Source: Candidatus Kerfeldbacteria bacterium (GTDB taxonomy: Bacteria; Patescibacteriota; Patescibacteriia; UBA9570; XYC2-FULL-38-9). From it: a stretch of DNA of 64,000 nucleotides. The position numbers were made by a program, and so were the translations under genes. Positions 9,171 through 18,950 of this stretch are shown in pieces. Positions within the stretch are counted from its first letter, which is position 1, and each line of letters opens with the position of its first letter. A model generated the notes under the pieces. The model worked only from the letters and a program-made list of their open reading frames with translations, made no database searches and was not told where the DNA came from. Location of the stretch: contig JBDRKW010000006.1 in NCBI GenBank assembly GCA_043813585.1, forward strand, positions 15,444-79,443. The letters run 5' to 3'.

Positions 9171-9731
9171 ATGAAAATCTACACAAAAACCGGCGACACC
9201 GGCGAAACAAACCTCCTCTGCGGCGCGCGCATCACAAAGGCGCACCCGCGCATCGAAGCGTACGGCACGGTGGACGAGCTGAACGCCTGCCTCGGCATCG
9301 CAATCGCGGACGGGCGCGAACGCAACACCGGTATCAATGTGGAACGGCTGCTGCGGCCGATTCAGCGGGAACTCTTTATTATCGGCTCCCACCTGGCAAC
9401 GCAGTGCGAACCGAGCACCATGTCCAAATCCATCCCCCCGCTCAAGGACGACGCGGTCCAGCACCTGGAACATGAAATTGACGAGCTATCGGAGTCGCTG
9501 CCCCCGCTGAAAAACTTCATCCTGCCGGGCGGCACGACAACCGGCGCGCACCTCCACCTCGCGCGGACCGTTTGCCGCCGCGCCGAGCGGGCTGTCATCC
9601 GCCTTTCCCAAAATGAAGAGATACCGCCCATCATGGTGCGGTACCTCAATCGATTGTCTGATTACTTGTTTGTGCTCGCCCGCGCGGTCAACGCGGACCA
9701 GGGCGCTTCCGAAGAAACCTGGGAAGCGTAG
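9171..9731 (+). CDS. pduO: ATP:cob(I)alamin adenosyltransferase, PduO-type
   Basis: KIYTKTGDTGET, YGTVDELN, FILPGG, ARTVCRRAER, YLNRLSDYLFVLAR. Confidence 0.93.
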   Translation: MKIYTKTGDTGETNLLCGARITKAHPRIEAYGTVDELNACLGIAIADGRERNTGINVERLLRPIQRELFIIGSHLATQCEPSTMSKSIPPLKDDAVQHLEHEIDELSESLPPLKNFILPGGTTTGAHLHLARTVCRRAERAVIRLSQNEEIPPIMVRYLNRLSDYLFVLARAVNADQGASEETWEA

Positions 9732-9745
9732 CCAACTCGTCCGGT

Positions 9746-12079
9746 CTAAGGCCAGTAGTCAACCGCCGGGACGATCCCGCCCTGTGAAACCGACAAACCG
9801 CGGATCAGGTCGTCTTTCTGTCCGTCCGTATTCTGCACGCGCACGGTGTACCGGCCGGCCGGCATGGACTGAATGGGCATCTCCACCACGATGCGGGTTG
9901 AAGAAATGACATAGGTATTTACGGCGTTGTACGGGCCGATCTTCGCCGTTATCCCGTGGCGGAAATCCGAACCGTAGACGTCCACTTTTGCGTTCCCGCC
10001 GCCAAACCATTCTTTTCCGATAAGGCCGGGTGAAACGAACGACAACGCCGGGGCCGGATCGGTATAAGGCACGTTTCCGCGGATATCAACCGAACGGATC
10101 ATATCATTCCACATATCGGCGACCAAAACCTTGTTCTTCAGACCGAGCATGCCTTTAGGATTATTGAACTTGCTGTCGGTGCGGCTGCCGTTCTGAAAAC
10201 CGCGCGCGCCAGAACCGCTCACCAGTTTCGTCACCTTGTTCGCCCGGTCGATCGCGCGGATCCGGTTGCTGCCGACCTCGGAAACGTAGAGATGGCCGTC
10301 CTTCCCCCGCTCAATCCATTCCGGATACGAGAACAGCGCCTGGTCCAGGGTCGCATCCAGGTAGCCGTTGCTGCCGGTGCCGGCAAACGTCGTCACCTTC
10401 TTCGTCTCCAGGTTCAGCCGGCGGATGCGGTGGTTGTCGCGGTCCGCAATATACAGGTATTTTCCGGACTTGCTGCGCGTGATGCCGATCGGCGCGTGGA
10501 ACTTCGCGCTCAGCGCATCGCCGTCCGCATACCCGGCAGCTCCGGTGCCCGCAATCGTCTTCACCTTGCCCTTGTTCGGACCGATCAGCGTCACCCGGCG
10601 GATCACATTATTACCCGCATCCGTCACAAACATGAACTTGCCGTTGCGCGAGCGCACCGAACCCATCGGCCCGCTGAAATACGCGCACCCGGATTCGCCC
10701 GTGTCAAATTCGTTCTTGCACGGCATGCCGTCCTGCAGGTCGTTGTAGTTGGACGAATGCATGTTGATCTTTCCGGCGCCGGTCAGGTATTTCGTTTCGC
10801 CGGTGGCGATCACCACTTCGCGGATCCGGTTGTTGTTGCGGTCAACCGCAAATATCTTCTCGCCGTTTTTCGAAACGACAAACGACGAGATGTCGGAAAA
10901 CCGCGCATTCTCTCCGTAGTAGGATTTCTTGTCATCAGCATTATAGTTGTCGATCACATTGCCTGCGATCACTTTTGACGATTTCCCGCCCCGCTTCATC
11001 TGCCGCAGGCGGTTGTTCTCGGAAAAATATATCTTTCCCTTGTCCTTTGACAGCCGCATGAACTTCGGCCGTCCGACCAACACCGGTTTTTTCTTCTTTA
11101 CGTTGAACCGGTTCTTGCCGGCGAACTTCTCGTTCACGTTCGCGTCGCTTAGCTTGTACTTCTGGATAATGCCGATTCCGGTTGAAGCAACATACAGGTA
11201 ATTGCCGTAGTGCGTCAGCCCGCGCGGGTAGTTGATCGAAACCATGTTCTTGTCCGACGCAAAGGTGGAAACGGTACAGCCCGAAAGGTCAATCTTGCGG
11301 ACATAATCGTCATACCCGTTCCCGTCGCTCACATACAGCGTATTGTCGTCCGTCAGGTGCACGCCCCACAGGTTGTTGAACGTGGCGCTGCCGCAGCCCC
11401 CGTCCTTATGGCCTTCCGACCCGGTTCCGGCAATCGTGGTTATGGCGGTGGTGTTCAGGTTCACGCGCTTGACCTGGTGCGTGCCCGCGTTGGCAATATA
11501 CGCGTATTTCCCGTCGCTTGTGATGGCCAGTTTCTTCGGGTTGTTCAGAGAACCGGAGATGTTCGTCACGGCCCCTCCGTAAATGGAAACTTTTTTTAAT
11601 TGATTGTTGCCGGTGTCCAGGAAATACACCCAGCTGCCGGACACGGCCACGCCCTGCGGCTTGTTGAGCCCGCTCACAACCGTTGTCACATATCCGTCCT
11701 TGATCCGCTTGATCTTGCCGTTATCCGTATCAGCCACAAAAATCATGCCGCTGCCCTGGGCCACGCCGGCCGGGAGCGCAAAACGCGAGCTGCCTGATGA
11801 TCCGTTCTGGTCGCCGTACGAGCCGTTGCCGGCGATGGTTTTTACCTTGCCGGTGCGGGTGATGCGGCGGATGACGTTGTTATAGGTATCGGCAATGATA
11901 AACCCGCCTTTAGAATTGACGGTGATATCTTCCGGAAAGTCGAAATACGCATTCAGCGGGGCTTTGCCGTCACCCCAATAGATACGGCTCTTGTAGGTTG
12001 TCGTGTCGCCGTACGCGGCATGCGCAACGATCGGCAACAGCAATGCGGCAATGAAAACCGCGATGGCTTTGCGAAACAT
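9746..12079 (-). CDS. Secreted NHL-repeat (beta-propeller) protein with C-terminal IPT/TIG-like domain
   Basis: Signal peptide; many F..P.G...YVAD..N..IR repeats with IAGTG motifs; C-terminal VSP..V.V.G..F..G..V.IG and G.YTVRVQNTDGQ. Confidence 0.88.
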   Translation of the reverse strand: MFRKAIAVFIAALLLPIVAHAAYGDTTTYKSRIYWGDGKAPLNAYFDFPEDITVNSKGGFIIADTYNNVIRRITRTGKVKTIAGNGSYGDQNGSSGSSRFALPAGVAQGSGMIFVADTDNGKIKRIKDGYVTTVVSGLNKPQGVAVSGSWVYFLDTGNNQLKKVSIYGGAVTNISGSLNNPKKLAITSDGKYAYIANAGTHQVKRVNLNTTAITTIAGTGSEGHKDGGCGSATFNNLWGVHLTDDNTLYVSDGNGYDDYVRKIDLSGCTVSTFASDKNMVSINYPRGLTHYGNYLYVASTGIGIIQKYKLSDANVNEKFAGKNRFNVKKKKPVLVGRPKFMRLSKDKGKIYFSENNRLRQMKRGGKSSKVIAGNVIDNYNADDKKSYYGENARFSDISSFVVSKNGEKIFAVDRNNNRIREVVIATGETKYLTGAGKINMHSSNYNDLQDGMPCKNEFDTGESGCAYFSGPMGSVRSRNGKFMFVTDAGNNVIRRVTLIGPNKGKVKTIAGTGAAGYADGDALSAKFHAPIGITRSKSGKYLYIADRDNHRIRRLNLETKKVTTFAGTGSNGYLDATLDQALFSYPEWIERGKDGHLYVSEVGSNRIRAIDRANKVTKLVSGSGARGFQNGSRTDSKFNNPKGMLGLKNKVLVADMWNDMIRSVDIRGNVPYTDPAPALSFVSPGLIGKEWFGGGNAKVDVYGSDFRHGITAKIGPYNAVNTYVISSTRIVVEMPIQSMPAGRYTVRVQNTDGQKDDLIRGLSVSQGGIVPAVDYWP

Positions 12080-12151
12080 AAGCGATGGTTTAATGGTTTG
12101 TTTTATTCACTATGCCACAGCAGGAGCGATTTGTAAAAGCATTTTTCAGAT

Positions 12152-12220
12152 AAAAAAACGAGACCGGGGCCGGCTTCGTGCGATTGATGTGATCTCTCGC
12201 TCGAAGCCGACCGCCGGTCG
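12152..12220 (-). terminator. Long imperfect hairpin / terminator
   Basis: GACCGG..GCCGGCTTCG.GCGA..TCGC.CGAAGCCGAC..CCGGTC with an adjacent A-run (T-run on minus strand). Confidence 0.6.
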
Positions 12221-12248
12221 CTTGCCAGTCTTTGGCTACACCGCGGTA

Positions 12249-13898
12249 CTACCAGTACCGCGGACACTCGCTTGGGTCGATGCCGGGCCCCGGAGCCGCA
12301 CCGCTCGCGCACCGCGCCAGCATGTCCACCCTGTTGGTGAGCACGTTGGCGTTCCCGGTGAACGTCGAGCAGGCTCCGATGATGTCGGTCGCGGTCCCCA
12401 CCACGAAGGTGTTCGTGGGACCGTACGTGTTCCGGAGCTGAATCCTCTGCTCACCGGCCCACTTCCCCGAGGGGTTGTGGTCCAGCGTGGTGATCTTCCC
12501 CGAAGGGATGTCCACCACCGGTCCCGACATCTGGTTCCCGTACATGTCCCGACGGACCACTCGCATCCAGTTGCCCTGCCCCTCACGGATCGAGATCCGG
12601 TTGGTGCCGTTGGGCAGCTGGGTGTTGCCGCAGATCCCCACGTAGATGGGGTCCCCGCCGTCGGCCGCCATCTGCAGGTCCGCCCGCCCCACGTCCGCGG
12701 TCTCCCCCAGTCCGAGGGCGACCACGTACGGAAACGTTGCGTCCCTGCTCATGACGTACTCGACATCGCCGGCCTTGAACCCCCCGTAGAGGGCCATCAG
12801 GACGACCGTCAAGATTCCAATGCCTCCGAAGAGGAGAACGGCAGAGAGAAGCCATTCACTCTTCAGGGATCCGACTCCGATGAGCAGCAGCAGTACCGCG
12901 ACCGTGGCGAAGAACCAGGGGCTCTTCGTCATGCTGCCGCGCGAGTCCGGAGTCGCGCCCGCTGCCTGCTTCAGCACCTGGGCACCCGTTGCCACGACCT
13001 TGTCGGCCGTGGTGGAGACCGTCGGGGATCCGCTGCTGCTTCCGCTTCCGCCGTTCTTCTTCTCCTCCAGCTCCTTCTCCACGGTGGAGATGTACTCGGC
13101 AGGGTTGTCCCCGATGCGCACGCCGTGCTCCACCCAGGAGTCCATGGTGGCCTGGTGCTTCTCATCGTACTGCTGGTAGCGCACCACACCCCCGTTGCGC
13201 TCGCTCTTCTTCGACACGCGAATGCCGATGAAGGTCGGGTCACCGCTGGGGATGGTGGGGTGGTAGCGGCAGCCTTTTCCCAACCGGCCGATGTTCACCG
13301 GGTGTGCGGTATCCGTGATCTCGTCCAGAGACTCACGGGCGTAGGGGCTCACGTGGGGGCAGATCGCCACCGTCTTCTCGCCGGTCCAGGGGTTCATGTA
13401 CTGCGGGACGAGCAAGCCGTCCACAGCCGAGAAGCCCCCGACCAGGACAGAGATGACGACGAACGACCAGATGGCCACTTTGGGTGCATCGGCCACGAGC
13501 TTGAGCCAGAGGCTCGCCGCAACCGCCACACCCACCACGCCGATCGGGATAGTCGCGACCCGGAGGATCAGCGGCCATTCGAACACCGTCATCAACCACG
13601 TGATCGACCGGAACATCATCCAGTCGACCACCACGAGCACCCACAGAACCAGCAGGATGTTCCCGACCTTCTTCAAGGTCGGGGCCTGCATCTTGATGTA
13701 GAGCCCGTAGATGAGACCGACGATGCCGAGGTACCCGACCGACAGGATGATCGTGCCCAGGGTGATACCCACGGGCAGGCCGATCATCTGGGAGGTCAGC
13801 GTGATGACGTAGAAGAGGGTCGCCAACAGGCCGACCAGGACGGAGGGAATGACGTACCAGAGGTGCGCCTTGCACCAGGTTTTGATCTTGTTCAACAT
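12249..13898 (-). CDS. Hypothetical polytopic membrane protein
   Basis: 549-aa ORF, GGAG SD, about five N-terminal TM segments plus two internal ones, Cys-containing soluble regions, strong GC3 bias. Confidence 0.75.
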   Translation of the reverse strand: MLNKIKTWCKAHLWYVIPSVLVGLLATLFYVITLTSQMIGLPVGITLGTIILSVGYLGIVGLIYGLYIKMQAPTLKKVGNILLVLWVLVVVDWMMFRSITWLMTVFEWPLILRVATIPIGVVGVAVAASLWLKLVADAPKVAIWSFVVISVLVGGFSAVDGLLVPQYMNPWTGEKTVAICPHVSPYARESLDEITDTAHPVNIGRLGKGCRYHPTIPSGDPTFIGIRVSKKSERNGGVVRYQQYDEKHQATMDSWVEHGVRIGDNPAEYISTVEKELEEKKNGGSGSSSGSPTVSTTADKVVATGAQVLKQAAGATPDSRGSMTKSPWFFATVAVLLLLIGVGSLKSEWLLSAVLLFGGIGILTVVLMALYGGFKAGDVEYVMSRDATFPYVVALGLGETADVGRADLQMAADGGDPIYVGICGNTQLPNGTNRISIREGQGNWMRVVRRDMYGNQMSGPVVDIPSGKITTLDHNPSGKWAGEQRIQLRNTYGPTNTFVVGTATDIIGACSTFTGNANVLTNRVDMLARCASGAAPGPGIDPSECPRYW

Positions 13899-13964
13899 TT
13901 CGGTATCTCCAGGCCCGGGAGCGATTGCAGCCGCCCCCGGGCATCAGTGTTGTCGTTCTGCGTT

Positions 13965-15086
13965 CTACTTGTTGTCCTTCGAGCCGGAGCCCGAGGACGA
14001 CCTGCTGCTGATCCAGGCCTCCGCGAGCGGCCGCAGGAGCGTTCCCGCGGTCGCCACAGCGGCCACCATGTTCTTGCCGGCCGGGTCCAGTCCCGCGCCG
14101 ACCTTGTTGACGACGGCCGCGGTCTCGGTAGCCGTTTCGCTGGCGGCCGACTGGATGGCCTTGGTCTTGATCCTGGTGACCTCGAGGCCGTAGTCGCGGA
14201 GGTCACCGTTGAGGAGCTGCTTCGCGTGGCTGTTAATCCGCGCGAAGTTCTCCGGGGTGTGGTGGCCGGAGTCGGTGATGATCTCCGCCCCATCAGCGCC
14301 CAGCCGGGTCAGACCGACGTTGTAGGCCGGCCCGAACAACTGCTTCACGACGTCCACCGGCTTCTTGTCGAGCCGGGTCAGCAACTGCTGCGCGATCTTC
14401 TCGTCCACCAGACCGCTGTCGGAGCGGCGGACGCGGTAGTAGACCACGCAGTCAACCTTGTACGACTCACCACCGGGGTTGACGGTGATGGTGAGCTCGA
14501 TCTGCTTTTCGGACAGGTCGATGTCGGCGTACGGCATCATGAAGAGGGGCAGCCCGATAGCCACCTGGCCGGCGCCCATGCCGTTGACCGTCCATCCGCC
14601 TTCCGAGTCGATTCCGCCAGTCAAGACGTTTCGGAACACGCGGACCTGATCGGCGGGCAGCATCCGCAAGTGGCTCTTGCCCCTGGCGTCGGACACGATC
14701 TCGCTCGTGATGAGCGTCGTGTCCTCGCCGCTGCCGGTGGTCGGGGTCGCGGAGCCGCTGCCGCTCTTCTCCGACTTGTCGCCCTTGCGACCGAAGAAGA
14801 GGTAGACGGCCAGCGCTCCGGCCGCGATGAGGCCGAGCAGCAGGACGATCAGACCGAGGATCCAGCTCAACGCGCCCGTGAGCGCGCTGAGGATGACCAC
14901 CGCGTTGATGCCGATGGTGACCAAGACCTTGCGCTTGGTCGTCCACCAGCTGTCGCTGCTCTCGGTGGGCGGGGTGGGGGCGGTCGGCGGGGTTCCGCCG
15001 GTCGAACCGGTTGAGGTTGCGGGGGCGCTGGAGGGCGTGGTGACGCCCATGTCCAGCATGTCGATTCCCGAGTGGTCGATTTCCAT
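13965..15086 (-). CDS. SPFH/band-7-like membrane protein
   Basis: SD AAGGGAG; two TM helices, then IDLSEKQ..VDCVVYYRV..LNGDLRDYGLEVTRIKTKAI matching the SPFH domain pattern. Confidence 0.65.
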   Translation of the reverse strand: MEIDHSGIDMLDMGVTTPSSAPATSTGSTGGTPPTAPTPPTESSDSWWTTKRKVLVTIGINAVVILSALTGALSWILGLIVLLLGLIAAGALAVYLFFGRKGDKSEKSGSGSATPTTGSGEDTTLITSEIVSDARGKSHLRMLPADQVRVFRNVLTGGIDSEGGWTVNGMGAGQVAIGLPLFMMPYADIDLSEKQIELTITVNPGGESYKVDCVVYYRVRRSDSGLVDEKIAQQLLTRLDKKPVDVVKQLFGPAYNVGLTRLGADGAEIITDSGHHTPENFARINSHAKQLLNGDLRDYGLEVTRIKTKAIQSAASETATETAAVVNKVGAGLDPAGKNMVAAVATAGTLLRPLAEAWISSRSSSGSGSKDNK

Positions 15087-15428
15087 TTCGAACTCCCTTT
15101 TCTGTGTTCGACCCGGTCGCTTGCGCGCCGGGAATTCTGTTCAGTGGTTCGGGTTCTCGTGACCTAATGTGTCAGAAATGCCCAATGCCTTTGTATTGGT
15201 AGTTTATTGTATAGCCTAGACTGTCAAAGTTCGCCGTTTGTCTTACTGCGTTCCGCGCAAAAAGCGCAAATCGCAGAAGAGGACGAACGGTGAATCGTGA
15301 AGTCAAAAATTTGACCGCACCATTCACGGTTCGTTCCAAAAAGAGAATCCTCCCTCCATATATTGTAGGCAAGTCGAATCTCTCTCCCCGGTTTTGAATG
15401 TACTCTCTCCGTCATTAAATGACCCAAA

Positions 15429-15457
15429 ATATTACACCAAAACAACACATTTGTCAA
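15429..15457 (-). promoter_or_regulatory. sigma70-type promoter preceding a ~330-nt structured leader
   Basis: TTGACA (15457-15452), 17 nt, TAATAT (15434-15429). Confidence 0.65.
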
Positions 15458-15711
15458 GGGTACGAACCGGCTCCAAACGTACCTTTTGAACGAAAAAAAA
15501 TACGCTAACATAAGCAAAAAACATCCATAGAAGAACAAACGCTCCTTGCCGGCAACATATGCTGCGCGCGCTCCATACGATAACCACCGCCCAACAGACC
15601 AACCGCAATCCGAGCTCTCAACGTCGACCGCGTCACTAACAAAAAACGGGAACCCATTGTTCCACGCTTTTTCCATGTTCCACTTTTTTCCGGCCTTCGC
15701 GTCAAGACCTA

Positions 15712-17532
15712 TTACTCGGTCGCGTCGGGCGGAATCTGCATATAGTTCACCAGGTATTGCGCCATATCGCTAAACACCGGCGCAGCTGAAGCGGCCGACC
15801 ACAACACGTCCTTTGGTTCGTCAATCTTCACCAGAATCACGAACTGCGGGTCAGACACCGGCCCGTACCCCACAAACGTATCTTTATGCCGATTCGCGTC
15901 ATACCCTGCACCGTTCCCTTTTGGAATCTGTGCCGTTCCGGTCTTGCCCGCCATGTGGTAGCCGTCCACCTCTGCCAGGATGGCATGCCCGCCTTCCACC
16001 ACGCGCACGAGCATGGCGGAGATCGTCCGCGCAGTCGGTTCGGACAGCGGCTGCCCCGCCACGACCGGTTCGGTTTGTTCCTGGTATCCGTTTGACTTTA
16101 CCACGCGGTCAACAACGTACGGCTTCATCATTGTACCGCCGTTTGCGAGCGACCCGAACGCCTGGATCAGCTGCATGGGCGTGACGGTCAGCCCCTGGCC
16201 ATACGACGACGTGGCGCTGTAAATATCGCGCTCCTTTGCAACGCCGGAGATGTCTCCGCTTTGTTCGCCGTCCAGTTCAATCCCGGTCGCCTTCCCAAAG
16301 CCGAAGTTCCTCACGTAATCATGCCACTTCTCATTGCCGACCTTCTGCACCACAAAAATCGAACCGGTGTTCAGCGAGTCCTCCAGCACCCTGGTCATGT
16401 CCACCACGCCGTTGGCTTTGCCGTCCGAATTATGGATCGTATACTGGCCGATCTCCACAGAACCGGTATCTTCATAGGTCGTGTACGGGCTCACTAGGTT
16501 CTCGTTAAGGCCGGCTGACATGGTAAACGACTTGAACACCGAGCCCGGTTCGTACTGATCCGCGATCGCATCATTAATAAACACCTTGATGTCTTCGACG
16601 TCCCCGTAGTTATTCGGATCCCAAAGGGGCGCATTGCAGAGCGCCTTTATCGCTCCGGTGGAAGGGTCCATCACGATCATCGTACCCTGGTTTGCGCTGT
16701 GCTTCTCTACTGCCGCAGTGATCAGCGAACAGGCCTTGTACTGGATATTCTTATCAATCGTCAAAATGAGCGTATCGCCGTCTTGTGCTTCCACAATTGA
16801 TTTTTCACCGACCGCGATAAACCGGCCGGATGCATCCAGCTCTGTCGACAGCGAACCGGCCTCCCCGGCCAGCCGGCGGTTGAAATACCCTTCAAGGTTA
16901 TACTGCCCACGGCGCTGCTCATCGACAAAGCCCACAAAACCGGTTACTGACGAGGTGACGTCTCCCTCCGGATAATAGCGCGTTTCCTCCGGCGACCAGT
17001 GGATGCCGTCCAGTGCCTGCTCTTCAATGACCTTCTCGAGCGCTTCCAGTTCCTGGTCAGATACCTGATGCTTCAGCGGTTCATACACGTCTTCGGGCTT
17101 GGTCAGGCGCGACAACACCACTTCCGGATCCATCCCCAGAATCGGCGCTATCGCATCAGCCGTTTTCTGCGCATCCAGAACCTGCCTGGGGTTCGCATAC
17201 ACGTGCTGCAGCGTCCGGTTCGTGGCAATCATCGTAATGCCGGAATCGGCATAGTCATCCTTTGCATAGATCTCGCCGCGTTCCGGCAGCAGCTGCTTTA
17301 CCAGTTCATGCTGCCCGCTGGCCAGCGCCGCATAAAATGAATGGTCGAGAACCTGGATGATAAACAGCCGCGCGGACACCAAAAACCCTGCCAATACGAA
17401 CACCCCCATCAGTATCTTCAGCCGGTCAGCATCGACAAGTGCCGAAAACCGCGAATCGGATCCGTTTCCGCCGCGCTTTGCCCGCGCATTCCGCGCGCCG
17501 CTCTTCCGTGTTGTTGAATAGAATCGATTCAT
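15712..17532 (-). CDS. ftsI: Class B penicillin-binding protein (FtsI-like)
   Basis: RGEIY, RYYPEG, YEPGSVFK (SxxK), SLN (SxN), GKTGTAQ; located in the mraZ-rsmH-ftsL cluster. Confidence 0.92.
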   Translation of the reverse strand: MNRFYSTTRKSGARNARAKRGGNGSDSRFSALVDADRLKILMGVFVLAGFLVSARLFIIQVLDHSFYAALASGQHELVKQLLPERGEIYAKDDYADSGITMIATNRTLQHVYANPRQVLDAQKTADAIAPILGMDPEVVLSRLTKPEDVYEPLKHQVSDQELEALEKVIEEQALDGIHWSPEETRYYPEGDVTSSVTGFVGFVDEQRRGQYNLEGYFNRRLAGEAGSLSTELDASGRFIAVGEKSIVEAQDGDTLILTIDKNIQYKACSLITAAVEKHSANQGTMIVMDPSTGAIKALCNAPLWDPNNYGDVEDIKVFINDAIADQYEPGSVFKSFTMSAGLNENLVSPYTTYEDTGSVEIGQYTIHNSDGKANGVVDMTRVLEDSLNTGSIFVVQKVGNEKWHDYVRNFGFGKATGIELDGEQSGDISGVAKERDIYSATSSYGQGLTVTPMQLIQAFGSLANGGTMMKPYVVDRVVKSNGYQEQTEPVVAGQPLSEPTARTISAMLVRVVEGGHAILAEVDGYHMAGKTGTAQIPKGNGAGYDANRHKDTFVGYGPVSDPQFVILVKIDEPKDVLWSAASAAPVFSDMAQYLVNYMQIPPDATE

Positions 17533-17605
17533 AGCCGGAGCGTACAAAAAACATGCCGTTTGCATTTTCGCTACTGGGCATGCTTAATACGCCATGTTGC
17601 TGGAT

Positions 17606-17971
17606 TTACTCGTTATCCGCAACCGCCACAGCCGTATCGCCCGTCGCATATTCAACCGTGCCGGAAGCGACCATTCCCATGGTCTGGCTCTGTTCCTGCA
17701 CATGATCGAGCGAACGGAGTGCGGTTTGCTTAATTTCAAGCCCCCTGTACTCCTCCTCGAGCGTAATTACATTGTTTTCCAAGTCCGACAGGTAAAATCC
17801 GCGCGCGGCAGAGCTGTTCACAAGCCACAGGTACGACAGTGCAAACAGCGCAATGCCGGCAATCAGGATAATCCGGACGCGCGTGGTATCGACCAGCGCC
17901 AACACCTCCCCCATTCGTGTCTGGGGCCGGTCGGATTTTTGTGCATGGAATCTGAATGAGAACTTGGTCAT
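17606..17971 (-). CDS. ftsL: FtsL-like cell division protein
   Basis: Single TM plus coiled coil between rsmH and ftsI; start re-assigned to MTKF. Confidence 0.7.
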   Translation of the reverse strand: MTKFSFRFHAQKSDRPQTRMGEVLALVDTTRVRIILIAGIALFALSYLWLVNSSAARGFYLSDLENNVITLEEEYRGLEIKQTALRSLDHVQEQSQTMGMVASGTVEYATGDTAVAVADNE

Positions 17972-17975
17972 AATT

Positions 17976-18908
17976 TTATTTTTTTTCTGCGATGCGGAGT
18001 TTTGCGCTCCGCGAACGCGGGTTTGTTTTTGTTTCTTCTTCCGAAGGTACGATTGGTTTTTTAGTAATAATGGAAAGGGTCGATTCGTGTTCGCAGCGGC
18101 ATTCGGGCAGCTCCGGCGGACAGACGCATTCCTGCGCGGCAAGCCGGAAGTACTGCTTGACGATCCGGTCTTCGAGCGAATGGAACGAAATCACCGCTAT
18201 CCGTCCTCCCGGCTTAAGCATGTTTACTGCAACCGGCAGAAACCGCTCGAGCGCGCCCAGTTCATCGTTGACCGCAATGCGCAGTGCCTGGAACAGCGTA
18301 GTTGCCGGATGGATCTTCTGGCGCCGTCCGCGTGGCAGGCATTCTTCCGCCAAATCCAGTAGGTCGCCGACCGTGGCAAACGGCTGCTGTTTCCTCCGCT
18401 CTTCCACTTTCATGGCAAACCGCCGGGGACGCATCATCTCGCCGTAGCTCCTGAAAATGCGCGTGAGCTCTTCAACGGGCGCTGTATCCAGAACGTCAGC
18501 TGCCGAATAGTCCGAACCGCTGCGGTCAAACCGCATATCAAGCTCTGCATCACGGTTCTTGAACGAAAACCCGCGCGTCGGGTCGTCCATCTGGTCGGAT
18601 GACAGCCCCAGGTCGAGCACAATGCCTGCAACCGGCAGAGTTTCGCTGATCGATTCCATGCTGTCAGCAATATTGGCATAGGAATCGTGCATCGGAATAA
18701 ATCGGTCACCGAACTCGCGCAGCGCCTCTGTCGCGCGCTTCAGGCTCTCGGCATCCCGGTCAAAACCGATCAGCCGGCCTTTCGGCGCTGTCGCCTCAAG
18801 GATGGCGCGTGCATGGCCGCCTGCCCCGACAGTGCCGTCAATGCAGTTGTCGCCTTCGGACAGGTTCAGGCCGCGAATCGTCTCTTGTAAAAGAACTGGT
18901 ACGTGCAT
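17976..18908 (-). CDS. rsmH: 16S rRNA (cytosine(1402)-N4)-methyltransferase
   Basis: HVPVLL, DGTVGAGGH, DLGLSS.Q, FQALRIAVN, SFHSLEDR, NPRSRSAKLR. Confidence 0.98.
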   Translation of the reverse strand: MHVPVLLQETIRGLNLSEGDNCIDGTVGAGGHARAILEATAPKGRLIGFDRDAESLKRATEALREFGDRFIPMHDSYANIADSMESISETLPVAGIVLDLGLSSDQMDDPTRGFSFKNRDAELDMRFDRSGSDYSAADVLDTAPVEELTRIFRSYGEMMRPRRFAMKVEERRKQQPFATVGDLLDLAEECLPRGRRQKIHPATTLFQALRIAVNDELGALERFLPVAVNMLKPGGRIAVISFHSLEDRIVKQYFRLAAQECVCPPELPECRCEHESTLSIITKKPIVPSEEETKTNPRSRSAKLRIAEKK

Positions 18909-18950
18909 GGGTGTTTATCAAAAGTCCCACATGGTCTCTCTGATTAGTTA

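Noticed and set aside
13899-13967. Possible readthrough fusion of the two same-frame genes
   Set aside because: A second in-frame stop (TGA) lies in the spacer, and the downstream gene has its own SD
12003-15014. 1003-aa plus-strand ORF
   Set aside because: In-register antisense shadow of two high-GC3 minus-strand genes; His/Arg/Gly-rich composition with no recognisable motifs
15100-15392. tmRNA, suggested by GGGGAGAGAGATTCGAC on the minus strand
   Set aside because: No matching T-arm or acceptor 3' end, and no tag reading frame ending in ..AA; kept only as an unclassified structured RNA
15224-15676. 150-aa minus-strand ORF
   Set aside because: No recognisable motifs, atypical composition, and it runs across a promoter and the structured leader
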